Shown: in pieces, positions 10,875 through 23,101 of the stretch
Numbering within the stretch: the first letter of the stretch is position 1
How the letters are laid out: every line of letters starts with the position of its first letter
Source of the DNA: Diadema antillarum
Lineage: Eukaryota
Length of the DNA: 64,000 nucleotides
NCBI RefSeq assembly: GCF_040938485.1
Contig: NW_027272060.1
Span: 310,001 to 374,000 of the forward strand
Direction: 5' to 3'
Made by a program: the position numbers and the translations under genes
Notes under the pieces: generated by a model
The model's input: the letters and a program-made list of their open reading frames with translations, nothing else
The model's database searches: none
Told to the model about the DNA's origin: nothing

Positions 10875-12839
10875 GTAAGCATCGTGAAGCTTGCAGCCAA
10901 CTATCTCTCTTTTGTTTTAATGTTGAAAAATGTAGGAAATATATCCCTATGTGTATCAAATAATGAATAGTTTGGAATGCAATGGGCCCAGTCAGTGGGA
11001 AAAAAAAGGGTTTTAAACAAAAAAGCAAAAAACTCTGTACTCACTTCATGTTAGCCATTCTCACATTCAGACCACCGGGTGTTCAGCAATGACTGGATTG
11101 AAAACAAACCTGCAATCAGTGGACGATTGCCAAATTTTTTAGACAAAATTGTCTACTTTTCTTTCATAATTGGCTCTAAAATTCCATGAAACTGTCAGAT
11201 ATGGTACATCTTAACATTTCTGATAGCCACAAGAAATGTTATTGATAAGTTACGTAAAAGAATGGTAGGTCAAAGGTTTTGAACGTTGACATCGTGTCAT
11301 CTGTATAACCACATAGATTTGTACACTGTATGCACAGCATTCACACCAATTCACACTCCAGCTAGGCACTATATTGAACAGGCAAGCTGTTTGTTTTTAC
11401 TCCAGCTATACTGGAAGTAATGTTTACCTGATCATGAGAATAGTGTTTTGCTGTCATTTATTTCATCACAGTCACCACTGGCAAACATGTGTTTGTTTGT
11501 TTTTCTATTGTAGCAAAAAAAAAAAAAAAAAAAGCTGCTGAAAACAGCTTATCCAATAGTTGCGAGCCAATGGAGTAAAAAGGCGTCAAAAGAGGCCTGA
11601 GCTTTCAATCCTAGCAGAATCTTCCGTCATAGGCAAAATGACAAACAGGCAGGGAAAGCAATCACATATAAGGACTACACACAACAAAAACAGTCAGGGG
11701 AGGGCTAGGGACACAGAACAAAGAAAACAAAAGGGATGGGTCATGAGCAAGGAGCACAACAAGTAAAGAGAGGGGATTAAGGCAGGAGGGTGGACAGACA
11801 AAAGTTAAAAGGGGGTCAGTGATGATCCCAAGGATAATAGGGGGCAACCTGTAAAGGAAAGAGATGAATAGGGAGGCAGCATCAAACAAGATAGGGACAA
11901 CAGAGGGATAAGGGAAGAAAAAGAGCGATATAGCAACAGCATGAGTGGGGGTGGTGGTGGGGGGGGGGGGGGGTGGGGGAGAGCTTAACAAACAGCAAGT
12001 TCTAACCTGGTGTACCAGGAAGAGGCAACAAAATGAAAGTGAGAGTCAACCAACAAATGAAAGGAACCACACATATCGAGGTATGTATGTGACCCTGTAT
12101 CACAAAACTGACAAAAAGTTGCCAGACAGGGATTTTTAGTTAAGGGCAGATTTTGCTCAAAGCTTTAAAATGATGTATAACTCAATTCAAATGGATTCTC
12201 CTAACCTATATAAATATTGTAAAGAAAGCCCACACTCTGGAAAAGTTTGAACTGAGAAAAGAGGCTCTGATGTACAGGGTCTATTCAAGTGCTTAATCTT
12301 TACTGAGCCATGCTACCTGTGCCATGAATGGGACAAAAAACAAGATGTTAACCACTGTAGCAACAACAATGAAAGGATTGTCAGATTAAGCTGAAATTGA
12401 GCATGCTCTATAAACACATGCTTCCCATGATAAATGTTAACTTTCAAAGCGGTAGCATCATCCTTTCAAAAGTTACTATAATTGAAAGTGAAGAGTGTGC
12501 AAAGGATTTTCAAGAAATGAAAAGAATCCTAAAAAGAAAAACCTGATCACACTACTCTACCAAAAAAGGGGTTGTAGACTGGCTGAAAAGCCACTTTCCC
12601 ATTCAGTTTATGATCCGAAACTCAAGAATAATGTAGAAGAAGAATAGCTCTTTCAGACGATATGGAAATCTCAAAATTGACTTGGTTGACCAGTTTCACC
12701 TTTCTTGAGTCCTCACAGAAAATCAAGGGATGCAACTTTTTGTTTGTTTTGTGATGCACAGTCACATATGAAATAAAGATAATAACAATAATGATCATAA
12801 TGATAATGGTTATATATATTTTTTATATTATTAATTCAG

Positions 12840-13049
12840 GAGGAAGAGGAATGTACTCTCGTCACTTGGTGGAAGCTTTGGGAGAAGTCTAGACAGTCCA
12901 GTGGGGGATGACGATGGTTTGAAGGGAGATCCCATCCCATCTGACCGGTCCGACGATGTTTCATCCCCGGACAAGAGTGACCTACCCAGCTCACTCTCCC
13001 CCACCCCAAGAGATGGGGGAGGGTACATGCCATCAGCCATGGAGAAGAG
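12840..13049 (+). CDS. KIZ: KIZ exon
   Basis: ttcag|G...AG|gtttgt; phase 2-2; RKRNVLSSLGGSFGRSLDSPVGDDDG...PSAMEKR. Confidence 0.8.
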
Positions 13050-13458
13050 GTTTGTCTCAATCATGACTTGCATGCATGTGTTCATGACTTGGCTTGGCTA
13101 TGCATCCAACCACATGAACTTGTATCTTTTCCATCAAACTCTTCTGCGAATATATTTACTGGGCAATGGTGAATTTTGAAGGACAAGGCATTGCACTTGC
13201 TATTTTATTGACAACTAACGATAGCGTCAATACAGCACTTCCATACACAAACCAGTAGAGCATTTGTCGGGCAATGGTACTGTGCCTTAGTTCATTATTG
13301 TTGTGCCTTCAGACATGTGAATCATTTAAATTCCATAAGTCTCTTCGTGCTCTTTATGTAATGTTAATGAAAGTTTACTTTTTTTTTCTCAATTTTCATG
13401 TTTGCTTGAATTTAGTCAACTTATTTTAACATGAAATGAAAAATCTCTTTAGAACAAT

Positions 13459-13642
13459 GCATAGCACTCCCGTTATAACGAACACAGTTATAACGAATTC
13501 TGGTTACAACGAAATAAAAATTCAAGCCCCAACATTATGGGCTTTATGTTTTTCATTGTTTATTTGTTCAGTTACAACGAAATGTTGATATAACGAAAGA
13601 AAATGCCGGTCCTGAGAACTTTGTTATAATGGGAGTCCACTG
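13459..13642. mobile_element. Tigger/pogo-like MITE
   Basis: Right end GGGAGTCCACTG|TA, decayed left end GCACTCCCGTTATAACG, repeated TTATAACGAA motifs. Confidence 0.65.
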
Positions 13643-13962
13643 TATCTTGCTGTATTACCATTCTGCACAATCTGCAGGTGTATCGGCTCATGGTTTTTAA
13701 TATGGAAGTCTAGACCTTTCCATTAGCAATGACACTAGGGCTGCAATATCATCACTGTCCTGTAAGCAGTTACATCACAAATTAATGGCAACTTCCAATT
13801 CGATTGGATTACACATGTGCTTACAGTTGATTGGTTCATCCCAGGATTTTATGGGAAGTTATAGTTCTACATTGTAGGACATTTTCTGACAAGAGATCCT
13901 TGCAAAGGGATTACTCAGGGGATATGCAAATTTGATGTGACTGACAATTCTAGACCTAAATA

Positions 13963-14183
13963 CTGTATAAGCTGTTATTTTTGAGAGGGTTTAATTTTCG
14001 TGAATTTTGGGAATCACTGTTGGACTGCGAATCCAACAACATGCGAAAATTTTGCCATATGCTAGGCTGATAATGCATTTACAATAACAAAGATGTCAAA
14101 TCACGAAAACAACGTCTTGCGAAAATGTCAGTGACCTTCTCATTTGCAAAAATATCCGTAAGCAAAAATAACAGCTTATACAG
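13963..14183. mobile_element. Tc1/mariner-type MITE (CTGTA family)
   Basis: TA|CTGTATAAGCTGTTATTTTTG ... CAAAAATAACAGCTTATACAG|TA. Confidence 0.8.
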
Positions 14184-14324
14184 TAGTGCTGTAGCATTCA
14201 TACCATTATCATTGTGATGTCCGTAACGCATTGTAAATAATATGAGAGTATGGGAAAAAATGTTGAGCTTACAATTGTTGTTGTTGTTGTTGTTGTTTGT
14301 TTGTTTTTGTCTGTGATTCTCCAG

Positions 14325-14475
14325 CATGAAGTCTACAGGACGCACAGATACCATGAACAGGTCGGCTGCCTTTTGGGGGAACGAGTCAGACCTGGATGAC
14401 GAGTCGGAGATGAGCGTTCCCATGGGAACAGGAGTTGTGGCAGAAGACAAGGACGACTTTGACTTTTATGACTAA
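14325..14475 (+). CDS. KIZ: KIZ terminal coding exon
   Basis: ctccag|C...TAA. Ends SAAFWGNESDLDDESE...DKDDFDFYD*, matching the human KIZ C-terminus (SNALWDESDD...DDSDDFYD*) as recalled. Confidence 0.88.
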
Positions 14476-14775
14476 GGTCTTGGTGAAATAGAGAGAAGGG
14501 AGCAGTGTAACATTTTTGTGTGTGTGTTTTGGAACAGTTCATCAATTCATAGCAACACCTTGGTACCCCTCTTGTAGTGTTCTTGTAATATTGTAAACTT
14601 TCATATATTTTTAAAAACTGTTTTCTGTATATTGGTTGTCCTCATTTGTGCAGGTTTTTAGTAAATCGTAGTCTTTTTTGTCCAGCCAAAAATAGCTAGA
14701 ATTCGTCCACATTTGCCAAAGAATAGGTTTAAGAAGAATTTTTGTCAGTGATACTCTGTCTTGCTGTCAAACGAT

Positions 14776-15420
14776 CAAATTTATGTATCACTAGTTAGTA
14801 CAGATTATGCAGTTTTTCTGTTTCTGAGCACATTTGGTGATTCCAAGTCCATTGCTAGTGCTAGTGCTATCTCAACACTAGCACCAGCGATAAAACAGAA
14901 CTTGAAATCAGACAGTGTTTGGAGGTTGACCTCAAAATTATGATGTATTTCCAGTAGTTTGTGTTGGGCCGGATGTTGCCAGAACCAAACTCCACCGTTT
15001 GTGTTGACGATTTACATGCTTCTTCCCAATTAGCCAACATTAGCCCCTAGAGATTTTTATCATCTTTGCCATTTCAAGTTTGGTGTTGGTGTTAGCATTG
15101 CTGTGCGAGACCCACATTCACGTCCATAAGTACATCACCCACATAACTAGCACAAACAATCTAGACATGGTTGCATAAATCTGAGTCTGGGAGCAAAAGT
15201 TCAGTTCCGCAGACGACATACAACTTCTGGCCCAACACAAACTACTGGAAATACATCATAATTTTGAGGTCAACCTCCCAACACCGTCTGATTTCAGATC
15301 TGTTTTATCACCGGTGCTAGTGTTGAGATAGCACTAGCATTAGCACTGGACTTGGAATCACCAAATGTGCTCGAAACAGAAAACTGCATAATCTGTACTA
15401 ACTAGTGATACATAAATTTG
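14776..15420. repeat. Long foldback: ~200-bp inverted arms (14776-14978 and 15221-15420) around a ~240-bp spacer
   Basis: Manual alignment of the arms gives about a dozen differences over ~200 nt. No target-site duplication is visible. Confidence 0.92.
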
Positions 15421-16074
15421 GGGTAATTGCCCTGATACGGTCTGGATGTCATCTTACACTGCATGTGCACTGTCACTGTGACCAGTCTCAATTTGTGTGT
15501 GTGTTTCATCTGCATTTGATATTTGTTATGCATTTTATAAACAGATTTATAGATATAATTTAATGTGTATGTAATGTTTGCTTCCTGTTACTTTAGAATC
15601 TTTGAGATGCTATGTGGGATGTCATGATGCCTTTCATTTTTTAGCAGTTAAGAAAATTCAAAATGTCTGTGATATCACAAATTTAACAGTGTCTTTTCAC
15701 CCTTTTTCCCCTATTGAAATACTGTAAATTTCAGGTTTTTTCCAAAGCAATGGAGAGAAATACTGGCAGCGATATTTATTGAATGCTGTAAAATGTATAT
15801 TACCTTGGTAATTTGCAAGAACAAGTATTACCAACATTCTAAATTACAATTTGAATTGCAAATCAATGGCAGTGAAGTTTCTATCTTGATTCTGATTCAA
15901 GAATTGAACCAGGACTATGTGTTTTTGTACGTTTTTATCTCCCTCTTTCTCCTGTTCTCTCTGTCTTTTTGCCTTTCTGTCTAATTACCTGCATTTCTTG
16001 GTACAGTGTAAGATTGTAGGTCGTACTTATGAGGAATGTTATGCACTCGGGTAGCACATACATGTTGAGGTTTT

Positions 16075-16080
16075 AATAAA
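16075..16080 (+). terminator. Candidate KIZ polyadenylation signal
   Basis: First canonical AATAAA I could find downstream of the KIZ stop at 14475. Usage is unproven. Confidence 0.35.
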
Positions 16081-18028
16081 ACAGAGGGACCTTAAGGTCT
16101 GTATTAATAGAGTGGTACTTACTATTTTTCATAGAGTGGTATTGATAGAGTGGTACTTGCTATTTTTCATACCCATTTAATTTGTTTCCTTTTTCTTCAA
16201 TTACCATTACTTTGTGCCCACTGATGTTGTATAGTGTGATTGAGAACATGCAAACATGATGTGAAGACAATATGAAGATTCATTGACATATGTAATGAAA
16301 GGCAGCCCCAATCTGGGGCATGATTATCATCGGATCTAAAATATTTGGCAGGCATCAAGAATGACATGTTTTTCTTTGAGAGAATATGCATTTCCCCATT
16401 TTCCTGTTCATCAATATTGTGTCACACTATGTACCTGGTATGTAACCTTATCAAAGCAGGACATGTTCATGCAGTGTATATTTACGGGTATTTTCCTAGT
16501 GTGCAGATGGACGTATGAGAGTCTGGATATGAGGTACAATACCGTAATCTGACCCAATGACCTCATTACTAGGGGACTCCCCTGTGCAATGTACTCTCTT
16601 GTACACAATTATTGTCAGTACCGGTACTACATGTATTATGCTGATCACAACACTAGTGCAAGGGTTAGTTATCTCCATGGAGTACAAAATATTGTGGAAT
16701 AGCATGTGTTCAGTACTTCAGTTGACTACCATTATTATATCAAAAGGCCCTGTAGCATGGGCACGCCATGAGGTGGGAAGGGAGGCTCGCTTAGATCAAG
16801 CTGCACACTGGCACTGGTCTGATGGTCCCTGACCAGTCAAAATCACTGTCAGACCAGTAACTTTATCAGGAATGGACCAGTAAAAGAATGGAAAAATCGA
16901 GCACCTACTGGTCTGACAGACAGGTCAGACCAGTAGAAACAATGGGTTAGTGTGCAGTCCTGCGTAGACGTATTTAAGAATCCCCATAGTGAGTTGTGTA
17001 CAGCTTTGTCACTGATCCCTATGTATGTTCACACACAGCCAAAGAATCTCCACTGGAGTCGACCGTGGCCGATGAGCATATGCTGTGATGCACATAATTT
17101 GCTGACTCATCGCCAAAGGATGCTATTCGGGGTATTTGAATGCCCGCAGTGGGCAGCAAATTCAATCGGACCACTCATGTTTCCTTATGCTACCTGGGCT
17201 TTAAGATGCTTTTGAAAAAGGTGTACATTATATTGCCAAAACCTCAGTACTTTCATTGGTATAGCACTTTGTTGTATGTTACTTGACTACAATTCTTGTT
17301 AGAAAACTGTCCCTTATTGATAGCTCAAATGCATTCCACTCCTTGTTCAAATTAACTTTAGTAAATATCTTGAGTAAAATCAAACAGAACCATAGGATTT
17401 CATTCAAAATTACACTAGCGACAAGAAATTTTTATGGAATTTCAAAGTTTTTGACTATTTTTATTTCACAAACAGTAAGAATTGTCATAACTACGTGTAC
17501 ATATGGAAATAGGATCAATGATAATGCTATCACTAGCTGGAACACAGAGATGACAAAAAAAAAAACCACACAAAACAACACTTTTGTTTTGGGGTGAATA
17601 ATGGATCTACAGTACTTCCCCATCTCGTTAAAGTTCACCATTGCAAGCATAAGTTTTTAATATCAGTACATTTAGCACCAGTTAGATGCAAATCTCTATT
17701 ATTCTTTCCAAATGATGCAAGTTGGTGAATACTATTTGTGTACACATACAGATTATTGGGAGACTTATGAGACAAGGACATCATCACCTACATTTGTACA
17801 TTACTTTACATATGTGGTTGTGACTTAAATATTAATGCCACCCCATCTTGCAAACAGACGAGATTTAATATTCCATGTCTTATTTTATGTTCAAATGCTG
17901 ATGATACTTCTCCCATTCATTTAGTTTTACTTCATACATTGGTTGCATTGAACTTCTCTAAAGTAGAATTGCAGTGTTGCTATTAAATGTATCTGCCATT
18001 GTTTTCTTGATGGAAAAAGTACAACATA

Positions 18029-18189
18029 CAGTCAACCTTGCCCAAGTCAAAATCTATTTGAATTGAAGAAGTAGCTTCAACTCAGAGATACTTCGACTTG
18101 TGAGGGATTCAAATCAATAGAATATAAAGAGGACTTTGACTGAAGTAATTATTCGACTTAAGCAAGGTTGACTTTAGCAAGGTTGACTG
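18029..18189. mobile_element. Tigger/pogo-like MITE
   Basis: TA|CAGTCAACCTTG ... CAAGGTTGACTG|TA. Confidence 0.8.
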
Positions 18190-20196
18190 TATGTTTACTT
18201 CGTTTAGTCAAGCCATAAACTCGATCTTGGCAGAAGTACATAATGGGCTTAAGCTCATTATTGAAGGATGATTTCATGTTGATTTCCTCCACTTGAACCA
18301 AGTTCATTTCACCATTGATCAAAACACCATGGCAATATTTCCATTATTCTACTACACTGTGCTCTGTATATTTTCCAACATGATTTGACTAAATTTTTGG
18401 ATGATCAGCTTATACACTGTTTAAGAGCAGTTGCATTCGTGTGGTTTCCTGACAAACCATTCATCCCAATCACAATGAAAACACCTTGTTTTGGAAGCAC
18501 TGATTGACTTCTAGATAGCAAAATATATGTATACAGTATGTATATCAATTGTTAATTCTTAATTTATGACTATTTGATATGTGTGTGTGGTGACAAATAT
18601 TTAAAGAATTGTTCTTTTTTTTTTACTCAAATAAAGACTCTATGTAATACGCACTTCTACAGTTGTCTCATTTAAGATTTTCAATTTAATTTGAGAAGTT
18701 CAGCTCATGAAATGATGTTTTTACATCTTCCCGCACATGCAAAGAATATTTTTCAGACATTTGCATTGCTCATCCACTCTACAGTATGCAGTGATCATGT
18801 AGACAGTACAAATGCACCCTGTGACATTCTCAACACCACTCTCTTTACAAAGCAAGCTAACAAACGATAGGTGAGAGAAGCACTAACATGGAAGAAGTCA
18901 ACTATTTACAGTGCTCAGTCATACAAGTGTACTTACATCTACTGTATAAAATAACACACAACCAGCTACTTTGTGTAAGGAGGTACCTCCTTGGGACAAT
19001 CAATTCTTATGAAGTGCATTCTTGTTATTTCTTACCCTCCCCCAATTTTTCCCCTGGTACATTACAGATGTAGTCATACACATGTTGAATACCTCGCTAG
19101 TGAAGTATTTGAAAAGACATACTGGCCATTAGGCCATTATAGTGAGATACGTAGTTGGGACTGCTAGAATTTTTTTCATTAAAATAACCAAATCTGGACA
19201 GTCTGGACATTAAGCATCACTAGCGGGTCACATAGATGCCCTTAGCATGTCAGTGTGAAGTAGAGAGTTTATTGAACTGTAGATTTGAAAGTACATTGTA
19301 CTGGTATATATTTGTGAAACCTTGCAACTATTACTCAGTTTATTTGTGGGTATGGGAGTGTAATACAGTGTGCAGAGAAATCTTGTGGGGGGGGGGGGGG
19401 GAATCAGTCCAATCATTTCCAAGGACAATCTTGCTATTTAAAGGATCCCTGCCATCTGAATGGGAGTGGAAGTGTCTGCTAATCAGAAAAAAAAAGTGAG
19501 TGGCATCCTCTATTTTCCCAATCTTGTCCCATACAAAGCAAATTGGGAAATAAAAATTTCACCTGTCAAATCCTTGTACAAATAAGGTTTTGTTCAGTGT
19601 TTGCATTAATTAGCTTGCCATATATAGTGAGTTGTGTCATGGCCATGCCTGTTAAAAACCCACACTGGGAAAAAAATTTTTTTTAAATAACTAATAATGA
19701 AATCTTGTTGTGCTGATGTTGGTTATAACATGGACCTACATAGGTCCATTGTTACAACAGTTCTCCAGTACAGTGCTAGACTGTACACTCAAAATCACTT
19801 CATTGACAATGGCATGGTGAACTTGTTGATCATGGTAACCATTTTCCATATGGCAGGCCAACAGAATGAAGCAGACTACTAGAGGGGGAGAGGGGGATAT
19901 CAAATTTGTTCATATGCACATATCCATGAGTCTTTAAACATATAAAACATAAACAAACACATGATCCCCTTGAGGGCATTACTTTTAAAACTGTACATGA
20001 ATAGTCAGTGTCCATGATCAACAAAGTTGATTCTAGAGTAAAAGCATCATCCATCCCAAATAATCTTGCATTGTCTTCCTTCTGAAACTGTTTGTCACTT
20101 GTTGCAACTTTAATTTACGACTTGCCTGATATTACACTCGTGGGGTCATTGCTTATTTCATTTTTTTTTGACCAGCACATCTGATAATTCAATTAA

Positions 20197-20281
20197 CCCG
20201 TTGAGGACGGTTTGATTTTGCTACAGCACGCCTCTCCCATAGACGCTTGCCCGAGTATACTCGGGACTCGTCCTCAACGGG
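20197..20281. mobile_element. 85-bp piggyBac-type MITE
   Basis: TTAA|CCCGTTGAGGACG ... CGTCCTCAACGGG|TTAA; perfect 13-bp TIR with CCC/GGG ends and TTAA TSD. Confidence 0.85.
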
Positions 20282-21022
20282 TTAATCATAATTCAGCATT
20301 ACAATATTTCAGCATAACAAATTTCAGAAATATTGACACTGTTCGCTCCATTCCACACACTATACAATCCATAATTCAAGGATCATGAACATTTCAAATT
20401 CACAAGAAAAAAACAATTGCATTTCTCCTATTTCATGTGTGTGTGTTGATCATTCATGGTTGGTTGTTTTTAGAGTGCATCTGCTCATACAACAGCCATG
20501 GTACCACGGCACAGAATGCGCTATCAACAATGCCAGTTAAATCAAACACAACTATACTAACAGCACATCAGTCAATCATTTACAGACTTGCATGAATTTT
20601 TTTTTTTTTTTTTTTTTTTGCTTTTAAGTGTCAACTGCACAACCCCTATGAAATGACAACTATATCTTAAAACCTACAAACAGGATCACAGTACATGCAT
20701 CATACACTCCATTCTTTAGTGTTTTCAGTGGAAAACAAGTTGCTACACAAGTTAGATACAGCTGAAGGCAGCACTATCCCTACAAGTTACAACCCCAGTT
20801 TAAAACACTAGTGGATGCTGTAACATTATCAGTGCCAATTTACTATTCCAAATTAGTATTTCTGAAGCTCGATTACCAATTCCAAAAATCTAGTTCATAA
20901 CTTGCAAATCACCCATTTGATTACGTCATTTGCTTTCAGAGCAAAAATATCGGCCTACCTCCAAAAATACGTAAAAGATCGATGGTACATCCTTGAATAC
21001 CAAAGAATATATGCTAGCAATA

Positions 21023-21198
21023 CAGTCAACCGTGCTTAAGTCAACCTTGCATAAGTTAAACAATCGCCTATGTCAAGTCTTTTCAAGTCCTCTAGTCTTT
21101 ATATTCCAATGATTTTAATCCCTTGATAACTAACAATTTTCTTTAAGTCGAAGCTATTTCTTCAGTCAAAATAGATTCCATTTTGGCAAGGTTGACTG
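21023..21198. mobile_element. Tigger/pogo-like MITE, same family as 18029-18189, opposite orientation
   Basis: TA|CAGTCAACC ... GGTTGACTG|TA; its right part is the reverse complement of the left part of the 18.0 kb copy. Confidence 0.8.
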
Positions 21199-21519
21199 TA
21201 CTGCAAATATTCAAACTAATTGATTTACAATTTAGCATCACCAGCTCAGTGAAATGCACAATTGAAATATATCATAATTCTGCAAATTTTGGCTTAAATT
21301 GTTGATTAAATGCAGGTTTTCACCACACCTTCTTGTGCATGTGAAATAAGCAAGTTGATCAAGAAATCATAAAAACTGATTGATGACTAGATGTATTGGT
21401 AGGCCCTATATGGTGCTAATACAGTAGATCACTTTCTGTTTTGTAATTGAACATAATTAATGCAGTGTGTCCAAATATTAATTTTACATAATACTGTTCA
21501 TCATAGGCACTCATTCATC

Positions 21520-22536
21520 TCAGTTTGCTGTCAGTCCTGTCATCCTTTCACTCACTTCCCACAATTTCCTAGCAACCGCATCATCTGCTCCTTTCACTTC
21601 AGGGTAGGGTTTCTCCTTGCAATCTCCGTAGTATCTCCCGGTAACATTCATTAATTCCTCTGAAACGGAGCAGTGAATGGTCGTCTGGGCACCATACCAA
21701 GGAGATTTCAGCAGCAACCAGCGCAGGGGATAAGTTGCTGCCCAAAAGAACGTAGAGAAACCGAGATACCGTCCAAGCTCTGTATTGATTACGCCTGGAT
21801 GCAGGGTGTAGGTGGTGATGCCAGAACCATGGAGGCGTCTGCTCAGTTCCTGCCCAAACAGAACATTGGCCAGTTTGCTATCAGCATACGCTTTCGCCTT
21901 GTTGTAATCACCTTCACTGGGGTTGAGTTTCGAGAAATCAAGTTTCCCCCTTTTATGCAATGATGAGGACACAATGACAATGCGTGAAGGTGCAGACTTC
22001 TTCAGAAGATCTAACAGTCTGTTTGTGAGCAGGAAATGGCCAAGATGGTTGACTCCAAACTGCAATTCAAAACCATCTACAGTCGTCTGGTAGGGGGTCT
22101 GGAAGACGCCGGCATTGTTGACAAGAATATCCAGTCTGTCTATCTCATCCAGGAACTTGTCGCAGAAGCTGTTCACAGATGCAAGTGAAGCTAAATCCAG
22201 CTTCATGACAATTAGCTCTCCACTGGTCGTCTGTTTCCTGATGTGCTCCACAGCCTGCTTGCCCTTCTCGACATCACGACATGCGAGAATGACGCGGGCA
22301 TCCCTCTGTGCAAAATCGGCTACAGTTTCCTTTCCGATGCCAGTGTTTGCACCCGTCACAAGAGCAGTCTTGCCAGTAAGTTTGGCAGTACTTTGACAAG
22401 CACTGCCCCTGAACCTCAACTTGATGTACATCAGCAACCCTGTACTCACAGCAACACCTGCGATAGTCCACAGCTGAGAGCTGCTAGGAGAACTCAATTT
22501 GCCCTCGTCAAGACTGCTACTGGCACCCATACCCAT
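21520..22536 (-). CDS. RDH14: Retinol dehydrogenase 14-like short-chain dehydrogenase/reductase (RDH11-14 clade), 338 aa, single coding exon
   Basis: Intact ORF with TGANTGIG (TGxxxGxG), LACRD (basic residue, NADP(H) type), NNAG, catalytic S (VSSS), YADSK (YxxxK), LHPG, the RDH14-like tail GRYYGDCKE...ARKLWEVSERM and an N-terminal hydrophobic anchor. The exact paralog assignment needs a phylogeny. Confidence 0.85.
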   Translation of the reverse strand: MGMGASSSLDEGKLSSPSSSQLWTIAGVAVSTGLLMYIKLRFRGSACQSTAKLTGKTALVTGANTGIGKETVADFAQRDARVILACRDVEKGKQAVEHIRKQTTSGELIVMKLDLASLASVNSFCDKFLDEIDRLDILVNNAGVFQTPYQTTVDGFELQFGVNHLGHFLLTNRLLDLLKKSAPSRIVIVSSSLHKRGKLDFSKLNPSEGDYNKAKAYADSKLANVLFGQELSRRLHGSGITTYTLHPGVINTELGRYLGFSTFFWAATYPLRWLLLKSPWYGAQTTIHCSVSEELMNVTGRYYGDCKEKPYPEVKGADDAVARKLWEVSERMTGLTAN

Positions 22537-23101
22537 TATTTCTCAACTTATTATGTAGCCTCCTTGAATATACAAAGTTCAAATTTGAACGCCTAGAATT
22601 TCCCGGCTGTTGTGATATAAACTATCTGACTGATGAACTGGAATTAATGTGATGTATATCCAGGGACGAGAATCGACAACCATGTACCACTACAGGAGTC
22701 CTGCTGTATGTAAATTTACTACTATTAAAAACAGTTAGTGCCACAAGTTAAACCTGGACGGTATCGTTGAACATTCTTTTTTCACTTGACAACTGCAGAG
22801 CCGATTGTCATAAAATGTGTCGATGACATGTGTAGTCGTGAAAGTGCCCACGGTACAAGCAAATCTAGCTGATCTTCATTTGTACTATGAGTTCTGAGCC
22901 AAAAAGGCGTCACCATTACTCACCACCACTCAGCTCGGGTGCAGGTACAGTGCAGAACATAACAGTCACTGCATGCTCAATATGGCATCCGGGCATGCAA
23001 ACGCAGCGCAAAGAAACGGGTATTTCCCACTTTCATTCCCAGAGTACGCCCTCTAACGACAAAAGAAGTACACTGAAGCAGGTTTAGCGCACAGAACTCT
23101 C

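Noticed and set aside
12831-14545. Minus-strand ORFs 12831..13085, 14079..14450 and 14333..14545
   Set aside because: They are antisense to KIZ exons that splice in phase on the plus strand.
20597-20619. T23 run as the poly(A) tail of an RDH retrocopy
   Set aside because: There is no AATAAA upstream on the minus strand and no TSD, and long A/T runs are frequent throughout the window.
21673-22596. Plus-strand ORFs overlapping the RDH14-like CDS
   Set aside because: They are antisense shadows with no recognisable motifs.
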